Positions 19,185-28,560 of a stretch of DNA of 64,000 nt are shown piece after piece; the stretch's first letter is position 1; every line of letters begins with the position of its first letter. The stretch lies in contig JACKFQ010000002.1 in assembly GCA_020632395.1 (NCBI GenBank), positions 7,299 through 71,298 on the forward strand. The letters are read 5' to 3'. The translations under genes were made by a program, and so were the position numbers. The DNA comes from Candidatus Nomurabacteria bacterium. GTDB lineage: Bacteria > Patescibacteriota > Dojkabacteria > SC72 > JAHDCA01. The notes beneath the pieces are model-generated. The model saw only the letters and a program-made list of their open reading frames with translations, was not told the DNA's origin and made no database searches.

Positions 19185-22100
19185 CTATAAGTCTTTGACA
19201 TATTCAGTCTCCCATGCTTCTCTATCTGCAAAGTACAGATTGAATGCCTTTTTCTCTTCCGGTGTACTAGGATCTTTTCCTATATGGCATTTCTTGTATT
19301 TTTTGCCACTTCCACAAGGACACAGATCATTTCTACCGATCTTGTCACGGGTATTTACAACCGTATGTTGCTTGGAAACGGCTCCCGGTCTATTGTCAGA
19401 ACGGACCCCTGTATTTGGAGTAATTGGTAAGGATGAAATACTGTTTTGTGCAGTTTTTGGAGGTTGGGTTGGAGCTTGTGTTGGATCTTTCCCCAAGGTT
19501 GTAGCATCCTCATGTACCGTATTTACTGGTTGTGATTGTGCTGTTCTCTCAACTATCCGTACTTTCATATAACGATTTACGACAGCTTCATCTACCTGTG
19601 ACAACATCTTTTCGAATAGACCAAACCCTTCATTTTTATAGGCTACTAGAGGATCTCTCTGTGCATAGCTCTGCATACCTACTCCTTCACGGAGATCTGC
19701 CATAGAATCAAGGTGCTCCATCCAGTACTGATCTATCGTCTGCAGTACTAGCAATCTAGACATCTCTGATGCGTAGGCAGGACCTATCTGATAGATGTGT
19801 ATAATGAACGCAGAAACTGTTAGTTTCAGCAGTAAATTCTCCATCTCAAGCGGTTCCTTCCCGTCTAATTCTCTGAAGAATTCAATGGTATCTTTATAGC
19901 CCAAAGCCTTTATTGCAGAGTCAGAAAGTTCCTCGGAGATTAGTGCAATCATCTGATTGACGATCTTTCTTTCTTCAACATTATCTATCTTCATATCATC
20001 GGCAAGATGAGTCGCTACAAGGACTCTAACCCTATCTACAAACCTCTTTAGGATCCAACTATAGATCGGACGATCTAATGCTTCGTACTGATCCAACCCA
20101 GAAATTTCCCAACTATCAGGATCCCTTAAGCTGAATGCGTCAAGATCCTCAAGTAAAGGAACTATATCCAAATGAGCAAGTTTAGCTCTTTCGAATTTTA
20201 TCTCTTGGTTATTCTGTTTCGATCTGTTCTCGACCAGCTCTAAAACCCTTCTTCGGAGAGAATATACGATCTCTCTCTGCTGATTTAGAACGTCATCATA
20301 ATCTACAAGTCTTTTTCGTATATCGAAATTGTGTGATTCGACCTTCTTCTGAGCATTTTCTATAGATCGACCTAATATCCCTATAGAAATTGGCATATCA
20401 TCATCCATTCCGACAGTAGACATTATTTTCTGCATCCTATCACCACCAAACAATCGCATCAGCTCATCTTCAAAAGAAACATAGAATCTAGATCTTCCAG
20501 GATCTCCTTGACGCCCAGATCTTCCTCGTAGCTGGTTATCGATCCTCCGGGATTCATGACGCTCAGATCCGATAACATACAAGCCACCAACTTCTTTTAC
20601 ACCCTCTCCAAGTGCAATATCTGTACCACGACCTGCCATATTGGTTGCTATCGTTACTTGACCTTTCTGTCCCGCCTTTTGAACTATCTTTGCCTCTCTT
20701 TCATGTTGCTTTGCATTCAAAACCTCATGGGTTATACCTTCTTTTTGCAACATCATCGAAAGTATCTCGGATCGTTCAACAGATGTCGTTCCTACTAGAA
20801 CAGGTTGACCGACGTTGTTGGCTTCTTTGATATCCTGAACAATTGCTTTGAATTTGCCCATCTCAGTTCGATATACGACATCATTTTCGTCTTTTCGAAC
20901 TACTGGTCGATTAGTAGGGATAACTACTACATCAAGTTCATATACTTTCGAGAATTCCTCTGCCTCAGTTAGAGCTGTTGCCGTCATACCAGCTAGGTGT
21001 TCATATAGTCTGAAATAGTTCTGTAGGGTGACGGTAGCCAAAGTCTTCGATTCTCTTTTCACTTCAACTCCCTCCTTAGCCTCAATAGCTTGATGTAAAC
21101 CTTCCGAATATCTCCTACCCGGAAGTGCTCGTCCTGTAAATTCATCAACTATTACGATCTCACCATCACGAATGATATATTCATCGTCTTTGATATACAA
21201 TTCCTTTGCTTTCAAAGCATTTTCTAAATGATAGGCATTTTGAGGTTCGTCATACACATTGCTTACTCCAAGTGCTTTCTCAACTTGATCTATACCCTCA
21301 TCAGTGATCGCAACTGAGTTGGATTTTTCATCAACTGTATAATGTACTTCAGGTTGGAGAGAACGTGCGATTGTTGCAAACTGTTTATACATATCATTAG
21401 ACGCTTGCGCACTTTGCGATATGATCAGTGGAGTTCTAGCTTCGTCAATCAAAATTGAGTCTGCCTCGTCCACGATCGAGTAGTGCAATACAGATTGCAC
21501 CCTATCAGACAATCTCTGAGACATGTTATCCCGTAGATAGTCAAAACCAAACTCATTATTGGTGCCGTAAACCACGTCACAAGCATATGTTTCTGATTTC
21601 GAACATTCGATAAGGTTGGTGCCACTCATCATGTCGAGTTTTAATCTTCCTACATCTTTCTGTAATTTCTTTCTTTCATCTATCTCTGTTTTGATCTCCG
21701 CGCCTTTTAATGCTATCGCTTCTTCATCAGTAATAAACCGATATTGAGTCCCACTATTGATCACACCGACGCTCATCCCTAAAGCACTTAGAACATGACC
21801 ATTCCATTCACCATCACGTCGAGCGAGATAATCGTTGACTGTCACAAGATGAGCCCCTCTCCCCGATAGACCATATAGATACATTGCTAATGTTGCTGCA
21901 TTAGTTTTACCCTCTCCAGTAAACAGCTCAATTATTTTCTTGTCGGCTAAGAAATAACCTGCAAGAAGCTGTACGTCAAAGTGCCTGTGTTGAGCCACCC
22001 TATCTGCAGATTCTCTGACTGCCGCAAATGCTTCAGGAAGGATCTCCATAAGGGCTTTCTTTTCAGCTTCAGGATCTATATCTGCAGTTCGTGCAGTTTC

Positions 22101-22268
22101 AAGATCCACCCCGACCCTCTCTCTTAGTAGCGTTGTGATAGCAAGCAACTCCTCATCAGAAAGTGCTTTCATTTTGGGCTCAAGATCATTGATCTGATCG
22201 ATGATCGGTTGAACCTTTTTTAATTGCTTTTCATTTGAATCAAATATCCCAGTAATAAAGTCGAACAT
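19185..22268 (-). CDS. secA: Preprotein translocase ATPase SecA
   Basis: DEAD-like motor motifs and a C-terminal zinc-binding CPCGSGKKYKKCH; 1027 aa. Confidence 0.95.
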   Translation of the reverse strand: MFDFITGIFDSNEKQLKKVQPIIDQINDLEPKMKALSDEELLAITTLLRERVGVDLETARTADIDPEAEKKALMEILPEAFAAVRESADRVAQHRHFDVQLLAGYFLADKKIIELFTGEGKTNAATLAMYLYGLSGRGAHLVTVNDYLARRDGEWNGHVLSALGMSVGVINSGTQYRFITDEEAIALKGAEIKTEIDERKKLQKDVGRLKLDMMSGTNLIECSKSETYACDVVYGTNNEFGFDYLRDNMSQRLSDRVQSVLHYSIVDEADSILIDEARTPLIISQSAQASNDMYKQFATIARSLQPEVHYTVDEKSNSVAITDEGIDQVEKALGVSNVYDEPQNAYHLENALKAKELYIKDDEYIIRDGEIVIVDEFTGRALPGRRYSEGLHQAIEAKEGVEVKRESKTLATVTLQNYFRLYEHLAGMTATALTEAEEFSKVYELDVVVIPTNRPVVRKDENDVVYRTEMGKFKAIVQDIKEANNVGQPVLVGTTSVERSEILSMMLQKEGITHEVLNAKQHEREAKIVQKAGQKGQVTIATNMAGRGTDIALGEGVKEVGGLYVIGSERHESRRIDNQLRGRSGRQGDPGRSRFYVSFEDELMRLFGGDRMQKIMSTVGMDDDMPISIGILGRSIENAQKKVESHNFDIRKRLVDYDDVLNQQREIVYSLRRRVLELVENRSKQNNQEIKFERAKLAHLDIVPLLEDLDAFSLRDPDSWEISGLDQYEALDRPIYSWILKRFVDRVRVLVATHLADDMKIDNVEERKIVNQMIALISEELSDSAIKALGYKDTIEFFRELDGKEPLEMENLLLKLTVSAFIIHIYQIGPAYASEMSRLLVLQTIDQYWMEHLDSMADLREGVGMQSYAQRDPLVAYKNEGFGLFEKMLSQVDEAVVNRYMKVRIVERTAQSQPVNTVHEDATTLGKDPTQAPTQPPKTAQNSISSLPITPNTGVRSDNRPGAVSKQHTVVNTRDKIGRNDLCPCGSGKKYKKCHIGKDPSTPEEKKAFNLYFADREAWETEYVKDL

Positions 22269-22405
22269 GTTGTAATCTCTCAGTTTATTGCATGGTGATT
22301 ATATCACGATGTTGAGAAATAATTTGTAGAAAATTCAGAAGAAAATCAGATAAATATCATCATCAATTGGCAGAATTGGAGTATTAACCTAACAACATCA
22401 CCTAA

Positions 22406-25000
22406 ATGAGATATTACATCGCCATTCTACTTTCCTTCATTATCATGATGCTCACTTTGGTCAAGATCACCCATGCGGTAGAGTATCACAAAATTGAAGT
22501 GGACGAAGATGCATATGCTAAAGAATATTGGCCAACCAGTGGAACTGTGAACCTTGGTTATCTATCGGTAGGTTACAACTCTTTATACCCAGAGAAACGT
22601 ACTAGAACATATCTTCAATTCGATCTAAACGGATTGGACAAAGATACTCCTGTAGAAATAGATAAAGCAGAGTTGATACTTTCCTATTACCCTGCGGGCA
22701 GGCAAGACATTGGGGAAATGATCATCACATCGGTAGAAGACATCAGCTCTTGGAATTCGTTGAATTGGTACAGCCAACCATTACAGATCGGTGAGCCGAT
22801 CCACCCAAAATATACTATCGTTGGGAGAGATCACCATATGGATGTCACAGCTCTTATCAGAACGATATTTGCGCAGAAGAGGATCGCTACCTTACGCCTC
22901 ACATACGAAGATGAATTTAATACCAGTATTCGCTTCTACTCCTCAGAATGCTTTTCAGCGAATCTTTTCTATAAACCAAACTGTACAGATGGGATGCAAC
23001 CACGTCTTTTAGTTAATACACATATGTCTTTAGAAAAACCGATCCTGCAGGATACATCTATTGAAGTTTTCGATATTTCACCTATCTCGCTTGATTGGTC
23101 GATCCCATCATATCTCAGATTATTGGAACAAAATTCAGATATCGTTGACTTGGTACAGATCTCAAAGGATCAGGAATTCACAGTATATGAAGAGTACGAG
23201 GGAGAAAATGGTCGTGTACTTTGGACACCAGAGGAAGAAGGTTCGTTCTATTGGAGAATAAAACGAGGTGAGAACGAAGATCCAGAAAATCATATCTACT
23301 CTTCGATAGGTAATATTACTGTCCTTGAGCTATTGAATGTCAAGCCAGAGATAGTACGGAATGATGACACGTTCACTCTTTTCACCGATCTCCCACCTGT
23401 GAACTCATCATTAATGACTCAGTGGTACGTCGGTGGACGAATTATCGAAAATGATCAGATAACCATAGGAGATATCTGTATAGGTCGTACAGAGGAGAAT
23501 CTTTCTGCAAAGATATTTGCTGGAGAAATCCACTCATCTGAAAGCGATAGTCTGTTGATTCACTGTGATCAAGAGGATGAGTTGATAGATGAGGATGACC
23601 CAACTCTGGTCGATCCACATCTTGATGACCCAACTCTGGTCGACCCGCCACAGATCGATCCACCTCTGGATGACAATTCCTCAGATGAGGGATCAATCGA
23701 GAAACCAGATCACGATAAAGACAGAGGGTCGAAAGAAAAACCAGAGAATTCCGATAAAGATACTACTACGGATAGTTCATCGAATGATCCGAAAGATCAA
23801 CTAGGTCAAGACTCTCAAAGATCTAATGAACGTATAAATAGCCCCGATAAAACAGCTAATGACTTGAAGAATTCTAATAACCCAACGCCTCCAAATACCG
23901 AAGTTACAACCACTGATCCGGAAAAGCAGAAGCAGTTAACAGAACCCATCTCTAACGATAGTTCTCAAGAATATGTCGATGAGAGAAGTGGAGAAGAGAT
24001 ACTAGGGACTAATATCGAAAAAAACAGCGATAAGAACAAAGAAGGACGCAAAATCGAGAAAGCTGATATCAAATGTCATGAAGAGGATTGTAAGGGATGG
24101 AAGTTGCAAACCTTAGAGAATATCCCAGCAGGAAAAGATCTTTATTGGATCAGGATACTCCTTGTACATGAAGATCTTGGAGATAATTGTTCTTCTGAAG
24201 ATCGGGATTGCAAGAAGAAGTATGAAATATGCGGTGGTGTCGAGAAAGTATCTACACATTCGATTTTGCATGTTGGTCGTTTAGCTCTTTCGCCATATCA
24301 GAAGCAGACTACCACAGATCTGACAGAATTCCTTTTCGCTACAAAAACTGATCTTGTAGGACAGAAGGCGACATTAAGGGTTTCACAAAGCTTGTGGAAA
24401 AGTAGCAGATTCTGTTCAACGGAACATGTTGAATTATCATTTCAGATAGAGAAGATCCCCCAAGCTAAAAGGATCCCAGATCCATCAGACAAAAGACCAT
24501 ACAGTTTTCCATTCCCATATACGATAGGTGTGACACAATGGCATGGAAATACTGTATTTTCTAAGCCTCATACAGGGATCGATTTTGGTGCAACACTTGA
24601 ACCGATCTTCGCTTTGAGTCAGGGGGTAGTAGCATCTGCTGGTTATGATAGATATTATGGGGAATGTCAAAGTGGGGGCTATTATCTGAATATTAAGCAC
24701 CCAGATGGGAAACATTCAGTTTACATGCATTTAGATGGTAACTCTTTCTCGAAATATAAATGGAAAGTCGGAGATCCTGTCAGAAAGGCTCAAACGTTAG
24801 GTTTGTCTGGAAATAGCGGATCATACAACTGCCAACCTCTCGGATACCATTTACATCTTGAGACTAGAGATGGAAGTGCACAATCAACACATACAGACCC
24901 TGTCAGATCGATAAGATACGATTGGGATGATGTTCTGACGATAAATGCAGAACGTTTCCCTGGCAGACTATCTGGAGATAACCCTCACCCTTGGAAATGA
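22406..25000 (+). CDS. Large secreted protein with C-terminal M23 (LytM-type) metallopeptidase domain
   Basis: N-terminal signal peptide; a central acidic/Ser/Thr-rich low-complexity linker containing a 30-nt tandem repeat (DDPTLVDPHL/DDPTLVDPPQ); C-terminal HTGIDFGA (HxxxD) and YHLHLE (HxH) M23 motifs. Confidence 0.75.
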   Translation: MRYYIAILLSFIIMMLTLVKITHAVEYHKIEVDEDAYAKEYWPTSGTVNLGYLSVGYNSLYPEKRTRTYLQFDLNGLDKDTPVEIDKAELILSYYPAGRQDIGEMIITSVEDISSWNSLNWYSQPLQIGEPIHPKYTIVGRDHHMDVTALIRTIFAQKRIATLRLTYEDEFNTSIRFYSSECFSANLFYKPNCTDGMQPRLLVNTHMSLEKPILQDTSIEVFDISPISLDWSIPSYLRLLEQNSDIVDLVQISKDQEFTVYEEYEGENGRVLWTPEEEGSFYWRIKRGENEDPENHIYSSIGNITVLELLNVKPEIVRNDDTFTLFTDLPPVNSSLMTQWYVGGRIIENDQITIGDICIGRTEENLSAKIFAGEIHSSESDSLLIHCDQEDELIDEDDPTLVDPHLDDPTLVDPPQIDPPLDDNSSDEGSIEKPDHDKDRGSKEKPENSDKDTTTDSSSNDPKDQLGQDSQRSNERINSPDKTANDLKNSNNPTPPNTEVTTTDPEKQKQLTEPISNDSSQEYVDERSGEEILGTNIEKNSDKNKEGRKIEKADIKCHEEDCKGWKLQTLENIPAGKDLYWIRILLVHEDLGDNCSSEDRDCKKKYEICGGVEKVSTHSILHVGRLALSPYQKQTTTDLTEFLFATKTDLVGQKATLRVSQSLWKSSRFCSTEHVELSFQIEKIPQAKRIPDPSDKRPYSFPFPYTIGVTQWHGNTVFSKPHTGIDFGATLEPIFALSQGVVASAGYDRYYGECQSGGYYLNIKHPDGKHSVYMHLDGNSFSKYKWKVGDPVRKAQTLGLSGNSGSYNCQPLGYHLHLETRDGSAQSTHTDPVRSIRYDWDDVLTINAERFPGRLSGDNPHPWK

Positions 25001-25647
25001 AGAATAAACATACTTTTACTATAATCTTGAGCTGTTTCTTGATATGCATTTTGAGCTTGATATGGTACTTCCAATTTCGAAAAGGTTCTAAGATCCAATA
25101 TATCGGACAGTTACCGAAAGTTCACAGTGCGTTCATCTTTGAGAATTCGGTCTATATCAATTCTGATCTTGTATATAAATGGTCTGATGGTAACTTGAGT
25201 GTCGAATCAGATGGTTCAGATCTGACCTATGGAGTGTATGAAAATAAACTGGTGCTTTGTACTTGGAGAAACCACAAGATCCTCAACAGAAATGAGATCG
25301 CAACTGATGTCGTTATCCGTGACAGAGAGGGAGTTATGTATAAAGAATTTGGTTTGAATCAGACTGTCGCGATAACATACTGTACAGAAAATGGGCTCAT
25401 CCTGAAAGATAGTTATGAAAATTCTCCAGAACGCGTATACCGCTTACAATTCAATGATAAATTTGAGGATACTTTAGGTGTGAGATCTGTAAGCCGCGCG
25501 GTGTATCAGGTTGTTGCTAAAGAGATTGCTGATCTTGTCAGAATACCAATACCGGTAGATACATTGGAGATCTTTGAGATAGCCGATGAGGGGTATGTTA
25601 TTCAGGAGGTGACGGGGGAGGTTTGGCTCTATCCCGCTAACCTATAA
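24991..25647 (+). CDS. Membrane-anchored hypothetical protein
   Basis: An N-terminal TM helix and then a soluble domain. Overlaps the previous gene by 10 nt. Confidence 0.3.
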   Translation: MEMKNKHTFTIILSCFLICILSLIWYFQFRKGSKIQYIGQLPKVHSAFIFENSVYINSDLVYKWSDGNLSVESDGSDLTYGVYENKLVLCTWRNHKILNRNEIATDVVIRDREGVMYKEFGLNQTVAITYCTENGLILKDSYENSPERVYRLQFNDKFEDTLGVRSVSRAVYQVVAKEIADLVRIPIPVDTLEIFEIADEGYVIQEVTGEVWLYPANL

Positions 25648-26146
25648 GCATAGACAACCAGATAATCGAGATCAGCACACCCATACCAAATTTCAACAGA
25701 ATTGATAAAAGAAAACCTAGGAAAGTGCCAAAACCTGCTTTCATTGCACTTTTTGTATCCTTTTTTGCAAATATCACCTCAAATATGGATGCCCCGATAA
25801 ATGGTCCAAGTATCAAACCAAATATATTACCAACGAAGAGTCCTATCATAGCACCGATGACAGCTCCCACCATTGACCATCTGCTACCACCAGTATATTT
25901 TGCACCTAGTATGACCAAGAGGTTATCTGCCAAAGATGAGATCAGTGCTAGTATAGTAAAAAGAATCAGTATACCCGGTCCTATCTGTTCAAAGCCAGTA
26001 TAGATCGCAGAGATCAGGATTCCGATCAGAACCAACCAAACCCCGGGTAAACCTACTAGAGTGATAAGTAAACCCGCAATGACCAAAGTACCTATCAATA
26101 ACCAGATCAGTACTGTAAAAAGTGTGATAAGTGCTGTTTCTATCAT
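25637..26146 (-). CDS. DUF456-like small membrane protein
   Basis: GLPGVWLV...LGAKYTGGSRWSMVGAVIGAMIGLF...LILGPFIGASIFE pattern. The start was chosen at the internal Met (MIETAL...), which abuts the stop of the upstream GT gene. Confidence 0.45.
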   Translation of the reverse strand: MIETALITLFTVLIWLLIGTLVIAGLLITLVGLPGVWLVLIGILISAIYTGFEQIGPGILILFTILALISSLADNLLVILGAKYTGGSRWSMVGAVIGAMIGLFVGNIFGLILGPFIGASIFEVIFAKKDTKSAMKAGFGTFLGFLLSILLKFGMGVLISIIWLSMLIG

Positions 26147-27372
26147 TTTGAGTACACTTTCTTTCCTACTTGATCTAAAACTTTCAGAGTTTCTACCGCT
26201 GTATTCTCCCAAGTAAATTGCTGTGCTCGTTTTCTTGCCGCATTAACCTTATCTGCCACGAGCTTCTTTTCAGTATGTGCGATGAAAAGTGCTTTGGCAG
26301 CATCGTCCGGGTCTGTTCCATCAACTAAGAATCCTGTATCACCTACGACCTCAGGATAGCTAGTTCCATTGTGAGCAATGACAGGAACACCAGCACTCAT
26401 TGCCTCTGCTACAGCGATCCCAAATCCCTCAAAAAGTGAAAGGTGTATAAAAGCTATTGCATTATGTAATATTGAGTACTTATGCTGATCAGAGTAAAAA
26501 CCTGTAAACTTCACCTTACTATTCAATCCCAATTCTGTCACCAACTCGCGTAATCGTAACGACTCTGGCATGTTCAAGTGTGTAAAGATCTTTCCGGCAA
26601 TTATCAGATATGGTGCATTTTCAACAGATATCGAACGTTCATCATTTAATATATGCAGATATTGGGCGTATGCTCTGATCACGTTTTCAGAATTCTTATT
26701 CATCTGGATACCTCCACCCATATAAAGGATATACCCCTTTTCAGACCAATCCTTTGGAAAAGCTTTGTCAAAGTCCGGTGCTTCAACCTCATCAATATCA
26801 AGCCCTAACATGATGGCATGAACATCGCTCTCATCGTAGTTAGGATAATATGACATGTAATCTAAGGCTGTGTTTTCTGAGCATGCAATGATCGCTTTAG
26901 CCCTTTGCGTTCGGTCCATGTGATACCAGAACTCCGATTTGCGAATTGTGTTAAATATTCCTCCCCTATTTGAATAGTAATTGAATTCTGGCATTGCAAA
27001 ATCTAATACTGCTACAACAGTCGGTACGATATCTACAGGGAATCCAGAGAGAAAATGAGGAGAGAAGAACAGAGGAGAATCAATATCCTTGATGATCTTT
27101 CTAACTGCCGGAGCGAGATGTAACCAGTAGTTAAACAACCCATCAATAACTCCAGGTCGCCTCCCTATCCTTTGGACATCTATCTTATCAGCTTTCACTC
27201 CGCTCAGATCAAGACTACTATCACCATCATATAGTAGGATAGTTATTTGAGGAGCATTAGGAGCAAGGATCAAACTGCGAGTGATGTTCTTGGTATACTG
27301 TCCTATTCCAGAAAATTCTTTTGTCTGTGTGGCAGTAGCATCAATGATTAGGTGCATAGGGTATTTTACCAT
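26143..27372 (-). CDS. Glycosyltransferase family 4 with N-terminal extension
   Basis: EGFGIAVAEAMSAGVPVIA motif; 409 aa. Confidence 0.7.
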   Translation of the reverse strand: MVKYPMHLIIDATATQTKEFSGIGQYTKNITRSLILAPNAPQITILLYDGDSSLDLSGVKADKIDVQRIGRRPGVIDGLFNYWLHLAPAVRKIIKDIDSPLFFSPHFLSGFPVDIVPTVVAVLDFAMPEFNYYSNRGGIFNTIRKSEFWYHMDRTQRAKAIIACSENTALDYMSYYPNYDESDVHAIMLGLDIDEVEAPDFDKAFPKDWSEKGYILYMGGGIQMNKNSENVIRAYAQYLHILNDERSISVENAPYLIIAGKIFTHLNMPESLRLRELVTELGLNSKVKFTGFYSDQHKYSILHNAIAFIHLSLFEGFGIAVAEAMSAGVPVIAHNGTSYPEVVGDTGFLVDGTDPDDAAKALFIAHTEKKLVADKVNAARKRAQQFTWENTAVETLKVLDQVGKKVYSK

Positions 27373-27421
27373 GCTGAGAGGGAATTACTATCTCTTTTAG
27401 ATATGATCTCTCACCCCTGTA

Positions 27422-28560
27422 TTACTGCACTATCCCAGCATACTCATTGAATGAGCCTTGATAGCTCACTCTTTGGGTCGTATACACATTTACATTTGAA
27501 GTAATCACCACAGGACCATCTTTAATATTCGGATAAGCCGGAGTGATACGTCCTCCAGGAGGGATAGAATAACTTTGATTTACTACATTGCCGATCTTGA
27601 TATTTACAGTTGCGGTAGTTGTAGTTGAAGGGTTTCCGATCAAGATCCATGCTAAACGATCGGGTCTGCTTGTATCATACCAAGTGAAATAAAATTGTTT
27701 TGATAATGTATTTGACGCGATACCTGGGTATTCATTGAACGAACCCTCGTAACTTACCCTTTGGGTTGTATACACATTGATATCACTTGTCACCACAACT
27801 GGACCATTTTGGATACCATTCCATTCTGGTGTAACTTTACCTCCTGGAGGTATTGAGAAGTTCTGATTTACACTATTTCCGATCTTAACATTTACATATG
27901 CAGATTGAGATGACGAAGGATTTCCTATCAGAATCCAAGCCAGACGGTTCGACCTGATCGTGTCATACCATGTGAAGTAGTACTTGTTCGTAAGTGAACT
28001 GGAGGGGATCCCTGCATACTCATTAAATGAATTTTCATAATTTACTCTTTGAGTTGTGTACACATTGATATTAGAAGTGACAACAACAGGGCCGTTTTTT
28101 ATCCCTGTGAAGCTTGGTGTGATCCTTCCCCCTGCAGGAATTGTGTAGTTCTGATTTATCTGATTGCCTATCTTCACATTTACTGAAGCGGTTTGTGTCG
28201 TCGATGGATTCCCGATCAGGATCCAAGCTTGGCGATTGGACCTACTCGTATCATACCAAGTAAAGTAATATTTATTTGTAAGTGATGCTGAGTCAATAGC
28301 TGCAAATTCATTAAAACTACCACTAAAGGATACTCTCTGGCTTGCATAGAAATCCTTACTTGATGAAATCTCTACTGGTCCAGTTTGAATGCCTGTCCAG
28401 CTCGGTGTCACTTTTCCTCCAGCAGGTACTGTATAGTTTGAATTCACCACACTACCGATCTTTATATTTGCAGTTAACGAAGATGTAGTTGATGGATTAC
28501 CAATAAGTATCCAAGCTAATCGATCACTATATTTCGTATCATACCATGTGAAGTATTTCG
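27422..28560 (-). repeat. Four tandem repeats, period about 285 nt, encoding a 95-aa module (YYFTWYDTxRSNRxAWILIGNPS...NVKIGN...IPxGGxxTP...GPVVVTSxxNVYTTQRVxYxxSFNEYxGI)
   Basis: The repeat is seen directly at both DNA and protein level, with about 70% nucleotide identity between units. Confidence 0.85.

Noticed and set aside
27422-28560. Diversity-generating retroelement targeting the repeat-bearing surface proteins
   Set aside because: No reverse-transcriptase ORF (YxDD motif) and no template or variable repeat pair with A-specific mismatches was found. The repeats are in-frame tandem protein modules.
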